Shown here piece by piece: positions 1 through 9,879 of a DNA stretch of 21,607 bases. Every line of letters begins with the position of its first letter. The first letter of the stretch is position 1. The DNA lies in the NCBI GenBank assembly GCA_046759445.1, contig JBHICG010000062.1:1-21607 (forward strand). The letters are read 5' to 3'. This DNA comes from Candidatus Scalinduaceae bacterium. GTDB lineage: Bacteria > Planctomycetota > Brocadiia > Brocadiales > Scalinduaceae. The translations under genes were made by a program, and so were the position numbers. The notes under the pieces are model-generated. The model searched no databases, had not been told where the DNA came from, and was given only the letters and a program-made list of their open reading frames with translations.

Positions 1-108
1 GACAAACACGTTGGCGTGTTAAAAGACAAACACGTTGGCGTGTTAAAAGACAAACGCGTTGGCGCGTTAAAAGACAAACGCGTTGGCGCGTTAAAAGACA
101 AACGCGTT
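1..108. repeat. 24-bp tandem repeat, 4.5 copies visible (may continue left of the window)
   Basis: Units 1-24 and 25-48 are GACAAACACGTTGGCGTGTTAAAA. Units 49-72 and 73-96 are GACAAACGCGTTGGCGCGTTAAAA. 97-108 is a partial unit. There are no spacers. Confidence 0.97.
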
Positions 109-182
109 AACCCGTTTCGGAAAAAACGGGCATGAATTTTAATATCATTAATCAGTTGTGGATATATAGCCAGAATGGAATG

Positions 183-294
183 TGTCATGCTGAATCCTGT
201 ACTGAACTCGTTTCAGTATTATTTCAGCATCTCTTCGGTACAGGCTTGTCTTCAAAATCAATTTTTTAGACCCTGAATCAAGTTCCGGGTAACA
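183..294. repeat. Composite palindromic (REP/MITE-like) element
   Basis: ATGCTGAA(187-194)/TTCAGCAT(223-230) encloses TACTGAA-ctcgt-TTCAGTA (200-218). A second hairpin is ACCCTGAA-tcaag-TTCCGGGT (270-290). The ends are TGTCA...TAACA. Confidence 0.7.
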
Positions 295-340
295 GGTACC
301 CTGCGATAACATTATTATCATAATTTAGTAGGAAAAATTC

Positions 341-907
341 ATGTCCCTTGAACGAATAAAAGACTCAATCTTAAACGATGCAAAGAAGGAAGCAGAAATC
401 ATAATAAAAGATGCTAAAGAGCGCTTCCAGGAAAAAATTATACAAGAAAGAGACAAGATAGAAGAAGGTTTCAAAGAAAAGTATCTTAAACTTAGTAAAA
501 AACTGAAAGAAGATAAAAATAGAAAACTTATAAAGCAGGCTACCAATTATAAGATGGAGCTTCTCCATATTAAAAATAACATAATCGAAGAGGTTTTCAA
601 AAAGGCAGCGGATAAGTTTATGTCAGATGAAGAATACTGGCGTGCTATGGAAAAATGGCTTAAAGACATAAATGAACCTGGCAGAATATTCGTAAATGTC
701 AAAGATTCAAGACGACTAAAACAAGAGCTTATTAACAGAATTTTAAAAAATGATGAAATAGTTATGGATAATAATAACATTGATACAAAGGGTGGCTTTG
801 TCTTTAAAACTGCCAGATTTGAAATCGATCATACAATGGATACTATCTTAAGCAACCTCAGAACTGAACTTACACCCCTAATAGCTAAAGAGTTATTCGG
901 GGATTGA
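341..907 (+). CDS. atpE: A/V-type ATP synthase subunit E
   Basis: N-terminal 'MSLERIKDSILNDAKKEAE' coiled coil and C-terminal 'GGFVF...IDHT...IAKELF'. It is first in the E-C-F-A-B-D order. Confidence 0.9.
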   Translation: MSLERIKDSILNDAKKEAEIIIKDAKERFQEKIIQERDKIEEGFKEKYLKLSKKLKEDKNRKLIKQATNYKMELLHIKNNIIEEVFKKAADKFMSDEEYWRAMEKWLKDINEPGRIFVNVKDSRRLKQELINRILKNDEIVMDNNNIDTKGGFVFKTARFEIDHTMDTILSNLRTELTPLIAKELFGD

Positions 908-930
908 TTAAAAAAAGAATAAAACTTTAC

Positions 931-960
931 CACGGAAAGACACAGAATATCACAGAAAAA
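931..960. repeat. Three 10-bp direct repeats (CACRGA core)
   Basis: CACGGAAAGA CACAGAATAT CACAGAAAAA, similar to the left arm of the element at 14847. Confidence 0.55.
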
Positions 961-990
961 AAGATATTTAGCAGATTGAACTAAAAATTG

Positions 991-1015
991 TGGTTCAGGC
1001 TAAAAGCCTGAACCA
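991..1015. repeat. Perfect 11-bp hairpin (REP-like)
   Basis: TGGTTCAGGCT-aaa-AGCCTGAACCA. There is no U-tract after it on + and it lies inside an operon. Confidence 0.75.
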
Positions 1016-1060
1016 GCATGCTTTCCCTGAACAAATAGTTAAAACACCAGCGTTCATAAT

Positions 1061-1141
1061 GTAGGGTCGCTCCCCGAGCGAACCATTTTTTTGGCTGTTC
1101 GTCCGCCACATAAATGACGGACAGGAGGAGCAGTGCCTATA
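1061..1141. repeat. Inverted GTAG-type REP doublet (REPIN-like) with a nested hairpin
   Basis: GTAG-ggTCGCTC-ccc-GAGCGAacc on +. The opposite-strand copy ATAG-gcactgctcctc...gaacagcc is interrupted by the hairpin GTCCGCCA-cataaa-TGACGGAC (1101-1122). Confidence 0.55.
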
Positions 1142-1163
1142 AATAAATCAGGCAAAAAAGTAT

Positions 1164-2258
1164 ATGAATACAGATAAAGATATACTAGTAGATGTTCATG
1201 ATTGGTGTTTTGTGAGTGGGAAGATAAATGTTTTAGAAAGCAGTCTGTTCACTCATGAATTCTATGAAAGACTTCTGGATATAAAAACAGTCGATGATGT
1301 CTTTAAGTACATCGCCAACTCAAAACTGAGAGGTTATTTCAGAGATGAAGAGAGTATTTATGATTTTGAAAAGTCGATTGACGCTTATTTTTTTGACAAC
1401 ATAAACGAAATAAGACAGTCATCACCTACCACAATAATATGTGATATGTTTCTTTTAAGATATAAATTTCTGGATTTAAAAAATTATTTGAAGAATAAGC
1501 TTATCGGAATTCCTCATGAGCTTATTACTTTTTATATCCTTAAAGATTCAGATTTGGAGTGCTTATGGAATGAAAAAGAAGAAGTTATTAATACAATATA
1601 TAAGGCATATCCATATTTTCCTGCATTATTATCTGACAGGTCAGAAGCTTTACTTAACGGGGTAAACAATTTGAAGAAAGTCTTAAGAGAGGATAAAGAA
1701 TTTACAAAAAACGATACTTCATGGACCATCGACCTGATAATGGATAATGCACATCTATGTTATCTTGCTAAGATAAGCGAACAAATTCCTATTCAATATA
1801 TAAAAGAATACCTGAAAAAGTTCATCTTCATAAGCGTAATGAAATCAATGCTAAGAGTCCTGTTTGCCGGATGCAATATGGAGTTATTTAAAAAGTATTT
1901 CCTGCGGGATTTCTTACACAGGACATGCTTTTTAAATCTATCAGTATTACCGATTAATGAGTGGAAGGAAATATTGACAAAAGAATTACCTGCGAAAATA
2001 GTCAAATGTATTATCTCTAACAAAGCTGAAGAAGAAATAAATAATGTAAATTTAACGAGATGCGAAAAGCTTCTTGATAATTATCTCTTAGACATTATCA
2101 AACCCCTTAAACACATAGCATTTGGCGCAGAGCGCGTATTCGGATATCTCTGTGGTCTGGATGTAGAAGTGTATAACTCAAAGTTAGCAATGGGGGGTAA
2201 GATTAATAAAATAGAAACGCAATTATTAAAGGACAGGCTGAGGAATTGCTATGTTTAA
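1164..2258 (+). CDS. atpC: A/V-type ATP synthase subunit C (AC39/d family), divergent
   Basis: 364 aa between E and F. C-terminal 'FGAERVFGYL...EVYNSKL...GK...LRNCYV' matches the family's C-terminus. Confidence 0.85.
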   Translation: MNTDKDILVDVHDWCFVSGKINVLESSLFTHEFYERLLDIKTVDDVFKYIANSKLRGYFRDEESIYDFEKSIDAYFFDNINEIRQSSPTTIICDMFLLRYKFLDLKNYLKNKLIGIPHELITFYILKDSDLECLWNEKEEVINTIYKAYPYFPALLSDRSEALLNGVNNLKKVLREDKEFTKNDTSWTIDLIMDNAHLCYLAKISEQIPIQYIKEYLKKFIFISVMKSMLRVLFAGCNMELFKKYFLRDFLHRTCFLNLSVLPINEWKEILTKELPAKIVKCIISNKAEEEINNVNLTRCEKLLDNYLLDIIKPLKHIAFGAERVFGYLCGLDVEVYNSKLAMGGKINKIETQLLKDRLRNCYV

Positions 2259-2565
2259 GATCGTTGTTGTGGGAGAAGAAGAATTAATCCTGGGATTTAG
2301 GGGGATTGACGCCGAACTTATAAATGTTGATTCTTCTGAAGAACTAAATGGTGTATTGGAAAGATTAGTCCATGACACAACAATATCATTAATAATGATT
2401 ACTGAAACAATGGCAGAGGATTGTCTGGAAAAGATATCCAATTTTAGAGAAAGAAGCTCTGCAATTCTGCTCTTAATACCCGCACACACAGGCAGCCTTA
2501 ATCTCAGTTTGCAAGAGATGCGTCTTGATGTGGAGAAGGCAGCAGGGATTGACTTGTTGAAATAA
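2251..2565 (+). CDS. atpF: A/V-type ATP synthase subunit F
   Basis: 'KIVVVGEEELILGFRGI' and 'VEKAAGIDL' motifs, 104 aa, overlaps the stop of subunit C. Confidence 0.93.
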   Translation: MFKIVVVGEEELILGFRGIDAELINVDSSEELNGVLERLVHDTTISLIMITETMAEDCLEKISNFRERSSAILLLIPAHTGSLNLSLQEMRLDVEKAAGIDLLK

Positions 2566-2577
2566 AAAAAATAATTT

Positions 2578-4335
2578 ATGAGCGAAGGTACAATAACAAA
2601 GGTATCTGGCCCACTAGTTGTGGCTAAGGGTCTAAGTGGAACAAAGATCTACGACATGGTTCGTGTTGGAGATGCAAAATTATTTGGGGAGGTTATAGAG
2701 ATAAGGGGTGATAACTACTCAATTCAGGTATACGAAGAAACTGAAGGTATTGGGCCTGGAGAACCTGTTTATTCTACAAATGAACCCTTAAGAGTGGAGC
2801 TAGGACCAGGCTTAATTGGTTCTATATTTGATGGAATTCAAAGGCCCCTTGATATTCTCAGGCGTGATTTGGGCGACTTTATTTTAAAGGGTACTGAAAG
2901 ACCCTCTCTTGATAGAGAAAGAAAATGGCTTTTTTGTCCCATGGTAGATATTAATGATGAAGTCTCCCCTGGTGACGTACTCGGCGTGGTTAAGGAATCA
3001 AGATTGATAGACCATAAAATAATGGTACCCGAAGACATAAGAGGTCAGGTGTTAGAAATATCAGAAAGAGATGCTTCAATCGAAGAAACCGTAGTCAGGA
3101 TAAAATCAGGTAAAGGAGTTTTTAACGTCAATATGATTCAAAAGTGGCCTGTAAGACAGCCCAGAAAAGTAGCAAGAAAGATACCGCCAGAAATACCACT
3201 AGTTACCGGACAAAGGGTAATAGATATGTTTTTCCCCATAGTTAAGGGAGGTACTTCATGCATTCCAGGACCATTTGGGAGCGGTAAAACAGTCGTCCAG
3301 CACCAACTTGCTAAATGGTCAGATGCAGATATTATTGTATACATTGGTTGTGGAGAACGTGGCAATGAAATGGCTGACGTATTGTTGGAACTTCCGGAGT
3401 TGAAGGACCCAAAAACGGGGGAATCCCTTATGGAACGAACCGTTCTTATTGCAAACACGTCAAACATGCCGGTTGCCGCACGGGAGGCATCAATATCTAC
3501 AGGAATCACTATTGCAGAATATTACAGAGACATGGGTTACAGTATAGCCGTAATGGCAGATTCAACTTCCAGATGGGCAGAAGCAATGAGAGAAATATCC
3601 GGAAGGCTTGAGGAAATGCCGGGAGACGAAGGATTTCCAAGTTATCTTGGTTCGAGACTGGCGAGTTTTTACGAAAGGTCAGGAAATGTCATATGCCTGG
3701 GTTCTGATAATAGAAAGGGAAGTTTGAGTATTATAGGCGCTGTCTCTCCTCCTGGCGGTGACTTTTCTGAACCAGTTACACAGGCGACACTAAGAGTTGT
3801 TAAGGTGTTCTGGGGACTTGATGATAAACTTGCATCACAGAGGCACTTCCCGGCAATAAATTGGATGACAAGTTATTCGCTCTATCATAAGATTGTAGAT
3901 GAGTATGCTTCAACAAACGTAAATCCTGGTTGGAAAGAAATTAGAAGGGAAGCAATGGAATTGTTAAAGAAAGAGTCGGAACTGGAGGAATTGATAAGAT
4001 TTGTAGGGATCGATACACTTTCTGAAAATGATAGGCTCATAATGGAAGTGTCCAAGATGATTCGAGAGGATTTTCTTCATCAAAATGCTTATGACATCCG
4101 TGATACGTACACATCACTTAAAAAGGAATATCTAATCCTTAGCTTGATTTTAGAGTATTATCATAAAGCAAAAGAAGCCCTGAAATCCGACATAGAATTG
4201 GCTAAAATTTTATGTATCCTGTCAAAAAAAGATATTTCTAAGGCAGAATTTATATCTGAAGATCAACTATTCAGGTTCGATGACATAAAAAGAAAAATGA
4301 CACATGAGATTGATGGGCTTATCAAAGAAAGTTAA
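2578..4335 (+). CDS. atpA: A/V-type ATP synthase catalytic subunit A
   Basis: Walker A GPFGSGKT, 'GCGERGNE', '[14 protein letters not shown]', '[12 protein letters not shown]', '[13 protein letters not shown]'. Confidence 0.98.
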   Translation: MSEGTITKVSGPLVVAKGLSGTKIYDMVRVGDAKLFGEVIEIRGDNYSIQVYEETEGIGPGEPVYSTNEPLRVELGPGLIGSIFDGIQRPLDILRRDLGDFILKGTERPSLDRERKWLFCPMVDINDEVSPGDVLGVVKESRLIDHKIMVPEDIRGQVLEISERDASIEETVVRIKSGKGVFNVNMIQKWPVRQPRKVARKIPPEIPLVTGQRVIDMFFPIVKGGTSCIPGPFGSGKTVVQHQLAKWSDADIIVYIGCGERGNEMADVLLELPELKDPKTGESLMERTVLIANTSNMPVAAREASISTGITIAEYYRDMGYSIAVMADSTSRWAEAMREISGRLEEMPGDEGFPSYLGSRLASFYERSGNVICLGSDNRKGSLSIIGAVSPPGGDFSEPVTQATLRVVKVFWGLDDKLASQRHFPAINWMTSYSLYHKIVDEYASTNVNPGWKEIRREAMELLKKESELEELIRFVGIDTLSENDRLIMEVSKMIREDFLHQNAYDIRDTYTSLKKEYLILSLILEYYHKAKEALKSDIELAKILCILSKKDISKAEFISEDQLFRFDDIKRKMTHEIDGLIKES

Positions 4336-4340
4336 TTTAT

Positions 4341-5720
4341 ATGTATAAAGAATATCTAACCGTTAGAGACATTATCGGTCCGCTCATGTTTGTGGAGGAT
4401 GTTGAAGGTGTTTCATACGGAGAACTCACAGAGCTTAAACTTAACAATGGGAATATAAGATACGGCACAGTTATAGAAGTTGCGGAAAGACTAGCGCTTG
4501 TTCAGGTTTTTGAAGGCACGAGGGGTATTTCCCCAGAAAACGTAAAGGTTAAGTTTCTTAGAAAAGGGTTAGAAATTGGGGTTTCTACCGATATCGTGGG
4601 CAGAATATTTAACGGTTCTGGGCATTTAATAGATGGAGGTCCTAATCTTATTCCTAAAAAGAGGCTAAGTATTCATGGTCACCCAATGAATCCTTATGCA
4701 AGGGATTATCCAAACGAGTTTATTCAGACGGGCATCTCAGCTATTGATGGATTGAATCCCCTTGTGAGAGGTCAGAAACTACCAATATTTTCTGGTTCAG
4801 GGTTGCCTCACTCCCGCTTAGCAGCGCAAATAGCAAGACAATCTAAAGTACTTGAAACTGATGAGAAATTTGCTGTAGTTTTTGCTGCTATGGGGATTAC
4901 GTTTGATGAGGCAAATTATTTTATTTCAGACTTTAAAAGAACCGGCGCTATTGAAAGGGCTGTTATGTTTATAAATCTTGCTAATGACCCTTCGATAGAG
5001 AGAATCGCTGTCCCACGAATGGCTTTAACCGTTGCCGAATATCTTGCTTACGAACTTGATATGCACATCCTCGTAATTATGGTCGATATGACAAACTATT
5101 GTGAAGCCCTTAAGGAGATATCTGCTGCTAGAAAAGAAGTTCCTAGTCGAAGAGGGTACCCGGGTTATCTATACACCGATCTGTCAACGATTTACGAAAG
5201 GGCCGGTCGCATCAAAGGGAAAAGAGGCTCAATAACACAAATACCAATACTAACGATGCCAGAAGATGATAAGACACATCCTATACCTGACCTGACAGGG
5301 TATATTACTGAGGGACAAATAATCCTTGATAGAGGCTTAAACAGCGCAGAAATATACCCGCCAATAGATATACTGCCATCTCTTTCCAGGTTAAAGGATA
5401 AGGGAATTGGAGAGAATAAAACACGTGATGACCATGCAGATCTCTTAAATCAACTCTATAGCGCTTATGCTCGTGGTAAGAATGCGAAAGAAATCTCCTT
5501 AGTTATAGGCGAATCGGCACTGAGTTCGGTAGATGTACTCTTTGTCAAATTTTCTGACAGGTTAGAGAAAGAATTTATATGTCAAGGTGAGTATGAAAAT
5601 AGAACCATAGAAGAAACCCTTAATATTGGATGGAAACTACTGGGTATGATTCCAAGAACTGAAATAAAAAGAATCAAACCGGAATATATAGAAAAATATT
5701 ATAGAGAGATCCCGATATGA
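4341..5720 (+). CDS. atpB: A/V-type ATP synthase subunit B
   Basis: '[15 protein letters not shown]', '[20 protein letters not shown]', '[16 protein letters not shown]'. Confidence 0.98.
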   Translation: MYKEYLTVRDIIGPLMFVEDVEGVSYGELTELKLNNGNIRYGTVIEVAERLALVQVFEGTRGISPENVKVKFLRKGLEIGVSTDIVGRIFNGSGHLIDGGPNLIPKKRLSIHGHPMNPYARDYPNEFIQTGISAIDGLNPLVRGQKLPIFSGSGLPHSRLAAQIARQSKVLETDEKFAVVFAAMGITFDEANYFISDFKRTGAIERAVMFINLANDPSIERIAVPRMALTVAEYLAYELDMHILVIMVDMTNYCEALKEISAARKEVPSRRGYPGYLYTDLSTIYERAGRIKGKRGSITQIPILTMPEDDKTHPIPDLTGYITEGQIILDRGLNSAEIYPPIDILPSLSRLKDKGIGENKTRDDHADLLNQLYSAYARGKNAKEISLVIGESALSSVDVLFVKFSDRLEKEFICQGEYENRTIEETLNIGWKLLGMIPRTEIKRIKPEYIEKYYREIPI

Positions 5721-6373
5721 AGCTACATATTAATGCCACCAGAATGGAATTATTTAAACTGCGTAGAAGATTAGGCATTGCTGTAAGAGGACATAAACTT
5801 CTAAATGATAAGCTCGAAGGACTTATGAGGAAATTTCTTTTCCTGATAAAGAAGTATAAAGGGCAACGCATGCTTGTTGACAAAGAATTGCCAGAGATAA
5901 TAAAGCTTTTTATACTTGCACGTATTACATCTTCAAAGAACAATGTAATGATAGCGCTGGAACAATCAAAGATAACGTACAAACTTACCCTGACGCAAAG
6001 AAGAATCTTGAATGTGCCAGTTCCATATTTTTCAGTTCCAAAAGATCAGCCAACTGTGGAAAAAGATTCAACCCATAACCTAAACTATATAATTGCTTAT
6101 AGCTTGCTTGACACTAACACGGAATTGGATAATGCAATAACCAAACTAAGAGGATTTTTTCCAAACATAATAAAACTTGCTGAGCTTGAGCAGTCAGTAA
6201 GATTGGTTGCTAAAGAGGTTGGCAAGACACGTAGAAGGGTTAATGCCCTGGAATTTGGCATTATGCCCCAGATGAAAGGTAATCTAACGTATATAAGAAA
6301 CAAGTTGGATGAGATGGAACGATCTAATATCAGCAGGACAATGAAAATTAAGGAGATGCTGGAAAAAGACTAA
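5717..6373 (+). CDS. atpD: A/V-type ATP synthase subunit D
   Basis: 'NATRMEL...RGHKLL', '[10 protein letters not shown]', 'LDEMER'. ATGA overlap with subunit B. Confidence 0.96.
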   Translation: MKLHINATRMELFKLRRRLGIAVRGHKLLNDKLEGLMRKFLFLIKKYKGQRMLVDKELPEIIKLFILARITSSKNNVMIALEQSKITYKLTLTQRRILNVPVPYFSVPKDQPTVEKDSTHNLNYIIAYSLLDTNTELDNAITKLRGFFPNIIKLAELEQSVRLVAKEVGKTRRRVNALEFGIMPQMKGNLTYIRNKLDEMERSNISRTMKIKEMLEKD

Positions 6374-6415
6374 CAACTATAAAATGTTTACGTAGCTATA
6401 CATAGATTTTTACGT

Positions 6416-6895
6416 TTAGTTATCATTTGGATTGATATCATCTGCTTCACTTTTATGCTTTGTATAAAATCCCTTTTCTTTCTCCTCTGATATTCCATAA
6501 CCTTCTGTATCTATTCCATAATAACCATCCGTTTCAACCTTTATTTCCTCTTCACGTTCTTCAGCTTCTTTACATTTGATACATAGATTTACAGAGGGTA
6601 TTGCCTTTAGGCGTTCTTTATTAATCTTCTTACCACAGCTATCGCATAAACCGTATTTTCCATTATTTAATCTTTTCAAAGCAAAATCAATTTGTTTGAT
6701 TTCCCTGGCTTCCCCCTGCGCAACAGACATTGCGATGCCTTCTTCTGTAATATTTGAAGCAATGTCAGCCGTGTCCGTAAACCTGTGGCCACCAGAGTCC
6801 TTAAATTCCTTTAGTCTTAGCTTAATTTCTTTCAACAGATAGTCTCTTCTGGTCTGAAGATTTGTTTTTAATTGATTTAAGGCTTTCTTGTTCAT
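6416..6895 (-). CDS. TraR/DksA family C4 zinc-finger transcription regulator
   Basis: DxxDxA tip ('DTADIA'), 'GKYGLCDSCGKKINKERLKAIPSVNLCIKC', acidic tail. AAGGGGG RBS upstream on the minus strand. Confidence 0.92.
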   Translation of the reverse strand: MNKKALNQLKTNLQTRRDYLLKEIKLRLKEFKDSGGHRFTDTADIASNITEEGIAMSVAQGEAREIKQIDFALKRLNNGKYGLCDSCGKKINKERLKAIPSVNLCIKCKEAEEREEEIKVETDGYYGIDTEGYGISEEKEKGFYTKHKSEADDINPNDN

Positions 6896-7227
6896 TTTAT
6901 ATCCCCCTTGATAAGGCCCTAGTTTTATGCACTTTATATGCCTATATCATAACTAAAAACATTATATTTTATTTTTGTAAAATTTTCAAGTATTTTATGG
7001 CAAACTTCGTTCCAATTAATAATCGTAAAATTAATACAAAGAATTTGAAATTATCCATTTCTCGTTCATATATTTAAATTTCCTCTATATACCTCATAAT
7101 TAATGGCTTTTTTTGCAAAATATTATAAAATCAGGAACAATGTTAGCCATTTTTCTAGAGTACCTGCATAGTAAAATATATTTTACAAAACAAACTGATA
7201 AGATATTATCTAACTAAGTAAATATGA

Positions 7228-7908
7228 ATGAATGAATTAATAGTAATTGTGGATGATGAACCTGACATTGTAGAACTGGTATCACTTCATCTTAAGAAAG
7301 CAATGTTTAAGGTCGAAGGATTCTTTAAAGCAGAGTATTTGTACAGGTTTCTTGATAATCATATCCCTGACCTAATCATTTTAGATCTAATGTTGCCTGA
7401 TGCAGATGGCATGGAAATCTGCAAGTATTTAAAAAAGAAAGATAATTTTTCTACCATTCCTATTATCATGCTTACGGCAAAGGGTGAAGAAACAGATAAA
7501 ATCCTGGGCCTGGAGTTTGGTGCGGATGATTATGTTACCAAGCCTTTTTCTCCAAAGGAACTGGTTGCCAGAGTAAAAGCGGTTCTAAGAAGAAAGCAAC
7601 AGGTAAAAGAGTCCAAGAAAATAGAAATTGGTGGAATATTGGAAGTAGACCTAGAAAAATATGAGGTCATTGTTAAAGGTAAAAGAATAGAATTAACTTC
7701 TACTGAATTTAGAATCCTAAAGTTCCTTTCATCTCATAGAAGTCGAGTATTTACAAGATATGAGATTTTAGATTATCTATGGGGACATGACAGGGTTGTT
7801 TTAGACAGAACAATAGACGTGCATATTAAGAACTTAAGAGATAAGTTAGGCAAGGCAGGACAGCTCATCAAGAATATTAGAGGTGTAGGATATAAATTAG
7901 AAGAATGA
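7228..7908 (+). CDS. phoB: OmpR/PhoB-family response regulator, probably PhoB/PhoP
   Basis: Receiver DD, D53 in 'LDLMLP', 'GADDYVTKPFS', winged helix 'RTIDVHIKNLRDKL...IRGVGY'. It lies upstream of the pst operon. Confidence 0.88.
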   Translation: MNELIVIVDDEPDIVELVSLHLKKAMFKVEGFFKAEYLYRFLDNHIPDLIILDLMLPDADGMEICKYLKKKDNFSTIPIIMLTAKGEETDKILGLEFGADDYVTKPFSPKELVARVKAVLRRKQQVKESKKIEIGGILEVDLEKYEVIVKGKRIELTSTEFRILKFLSSHRSRVFTRYEILDYLWGHDRVVLDRTIDVHIKNLRDKLGKAGQLIKNIRGVGYKLEE

Positions 7909-9638
7909 AGAAATCGATATTTACAAAAGTATTTGGTGGGTATCTGTTAATTGTAATTGCCATTCTGGCCATAACATTTCCCCTCTCTTTCAGGGCAATA
8001 AGGCATCATTATATAGATACACTAACCGGTAACCTTAAAAATCTTTGTCTTACGTTAAAGTTAAAGATATCCCCACTCCTGGAAGAAAAACGTATTGAAG
8101 AATTAGATACCCTTATAAAGAAGTTGGGCAAGCAGACAGGGACAAGAATTACGGTCATAAACCCTGAAGGCGTAGTTTTCGCAGATTCAGAAAAAGACCC
8201 GGCATTGATGGAGAACCATAAAAGTAGACTTGAGATATTACAGGCCGTAAAATACGGTTTTGGTACATCGTTAAGATATAGCACATCAATAAAGGAAGAA
8301 ATGTTATATGTTGCGGTGCTAATTGAAAAAGACGGTAAGGTCTTCGGCATTCTAAGGGCAAGTCTATTTTTAAAAGAAATAAACGCCCTGCTCAACAATT
8401 TGAAAATGACCATTATTAAAATCGCAGTGATTATTGTAGCTATATTAATATTAGGAGCTCTTATTTTTTCTCGCAATTTATCAAGACCACTTAAAGAATT
8501 AAGCGCTGCTTCTCGCAAGGTAGCTCAGGGAGATTTTAGCACTAAAGTATTTTTGAAAAATAAAGATGAAATAAAAGAACTGGCAGATAGTTTTAATTAT
8601 ATGACAGATCAAATAAAAACCTTATTTACGCAACTGTCCCATCAGAAAGAAGAACTTAATAGTATTATATCGTCAATTAAAGAGGGTCTTTGTGTGCTGG
8701 ATAGTGAAGGAAGGATTACAATCAATAATGAGAGTTTTAGAAAAATTGTCCAGAATGATTCCATCAAAGGGAAATTTTATTGGGAAGTCTTAAGAAGGAT
8801 CAAATTTGATGAATTGATAAAAAAGGTAAGAAATGAGAGAAACAGCATCGTTGATGAAATAGACCTGAATAGCAGAACATTTTTATGCAATGCTACTTTC
8901 TGCTCCAATAAAGAAGAAATAGTGGTAACCCTGCATGATATAACAAAGATCAAAAATCTGGAAAAGACAAAGAAAGATTTTGTCTCAAATGTGTCTCATG
9001 AGTTACGAACTCCACTTACGGCAATAAAAGGATTTGTTGAGACACTGGAAGAAGGGATAGATGAAAAGAACAAAAATTATCTGGATATCATTAAGAGACA
9101 CACAGATAGGGTCATAAATATTGTAAAGGATTTACTATTGTTATCAGAACTTGAAGACAAATCAAACGGCCTGAAATTAGAAAAGGTAAATTTAAAGAAT
9201 TTAATAGAAAATATTATAAAGATATTTGATCAGAGAATGAAAGAAAAGAATTTAGGTCTGAAATTAGATATAGAAGAGAATCTGCCGCTTATAAAGGCCG
9301 ACTCCTTTAAATTAGAACAGGCGTTTATAAACTTAATAGACAATGCTATTAAGTATACTGAAAGAGGGGAAGTTATGATATCCTTAAGCCAAAATGATAA
9401 GGCCGTAATAGCAGAAGTTCAGGATACAGGAATATGTATTCCCCGAGAACATCTGTCCCGGATCTTCGAAAGGTTTTATGTAGTAGACCAATCCCGCTCC
9501 AGAAGACTGGGCGGAACCGGCCTGGGATTATCCATTGTAAAGCATATCGTACTCTTGCATAATGGAAAAATAGATGTTGAAAACATCCCCGGAACAGGCA
9601 CAAAATTTATTGTTACCCTGCCCATCAACCCCACATAA
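7905..9638 (+). CDS. phoR: Sensor histidine kinase PhoR (2 TM, HAMP, PAS-like, HisKA, HATPase)
   Basis: 'DFVSNVSHELRTPLTAI', 'NLIDNAIKY', 'IFERFY', 'GGTGLGLSIVKH'. ATGA overlap with phoB. Confidence 0.9.
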   Translation: MKKSIFTKVFGGYLLIVIAILAITFPLSFRAIRHHYIDTLTGNLKNLCLTLKLKISPLLEEKRIEELDTLIKKLGKQTGTRITVINPEGVVFADSEKDPALMENHKSRLEILQAVKYGFGTSLRYSTSIKEEMLYVAVLIEKDGKVFGILRASLFLKEINALLNNLKMTIIKIAVIIVAILILGALIFSRNLSRPLKELSAASRKVAQGDFSTKVFLKNKDEIKELADSFNYMTDQIKTLFTQLSHQKEELNSIISSIKEGLCVLDSEGRITINNESFRKIVQNDSIKGKFYWEVLRRIKFDELIKKVRNERNSIVDEIDLNSRTFLCNATFCSNKEEIVVTLHDITKIKNLEKTKKDFVSNVSHELRTPLTAIKGFVETLEEGIDEKNKNYLDIIKRHTDRVINIVKDLLLLSELEDKSNGLKLEKVNLKNLIENIIKIFDQRMKEKNLGLKLDIEENLPLIKADSFKLEQAFINLIDNAIKYTERGEVMISLSQNDKAVIAEVQDTGICIPREHLSRIFERFYVVDQSRSRRLGGTGLGLSIVKHIVLLHNGKIDVENIPGTGTKFIVTLPINPT

Positions 9639-9746
9639 ATTTCATGTAATTTCGTGAATTTCTAAATATTTTTTATTGATCATGAGAGAAAAAGACAGAC
9701 ATTCTGAGGGGACATACCCCCTCCCTGATTATGGAATGTTTGAAAT

Positions 9747-9879
9747 GAATAACGTGAGCATAGCTGATGCATACCCTGTATCACATCCAATTGCGAAAAA
9801 GATGCTTTACAAACCATAAACTAACAAAAGTTAAAAAAGGTCTTGCGGGTATGTATTCAAGTTCATGCTTTTGTTAGGT
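9747..9879 (-). mobile_element. Integron-type attC recombination site (133 bp)
   Basis: Minus strand reads R'' ACCTAAC (containing the gene's TAA), AAAAG, L'' CATGAACT, TGAATACATACCC ... GGGTATGCATC, L' AGCTATG, CTCAC, R' GTTATTC. The arms pair with extrahelical bases on one side. Confidence 0.78.

Noticed and set aside
1..108. CRISPR array
   Set aside because: The units are directly adjacent with no unique spacers, and there are no cas genes in the window.
325..780. Minus-strand ORFs over atpE (and similar short antisense or out-of-frame ORFs over the other genes)
   Set aside because: They are shadow frames of well-supported genes and have no recognisable motifs.
6862..7077. 71-aa + strand ORF
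   Set aside because: It overlaps the dksA-like start, lies in an AT-rich divergent promoter region, and has no RBS or motif.
6896..7227. Pho boxes or specific promoters upstream of phoB
   Set aside because: Only isolated TTTACA-like hexamers without 11-bp phasing, and the region is too AT-rich to call.
9682..9819. 45-codon ORF MREKDRHSEG...MLYKP
   Set aside because: It runs across the attC arm and has no RBS, so it is better explained as non-coding.
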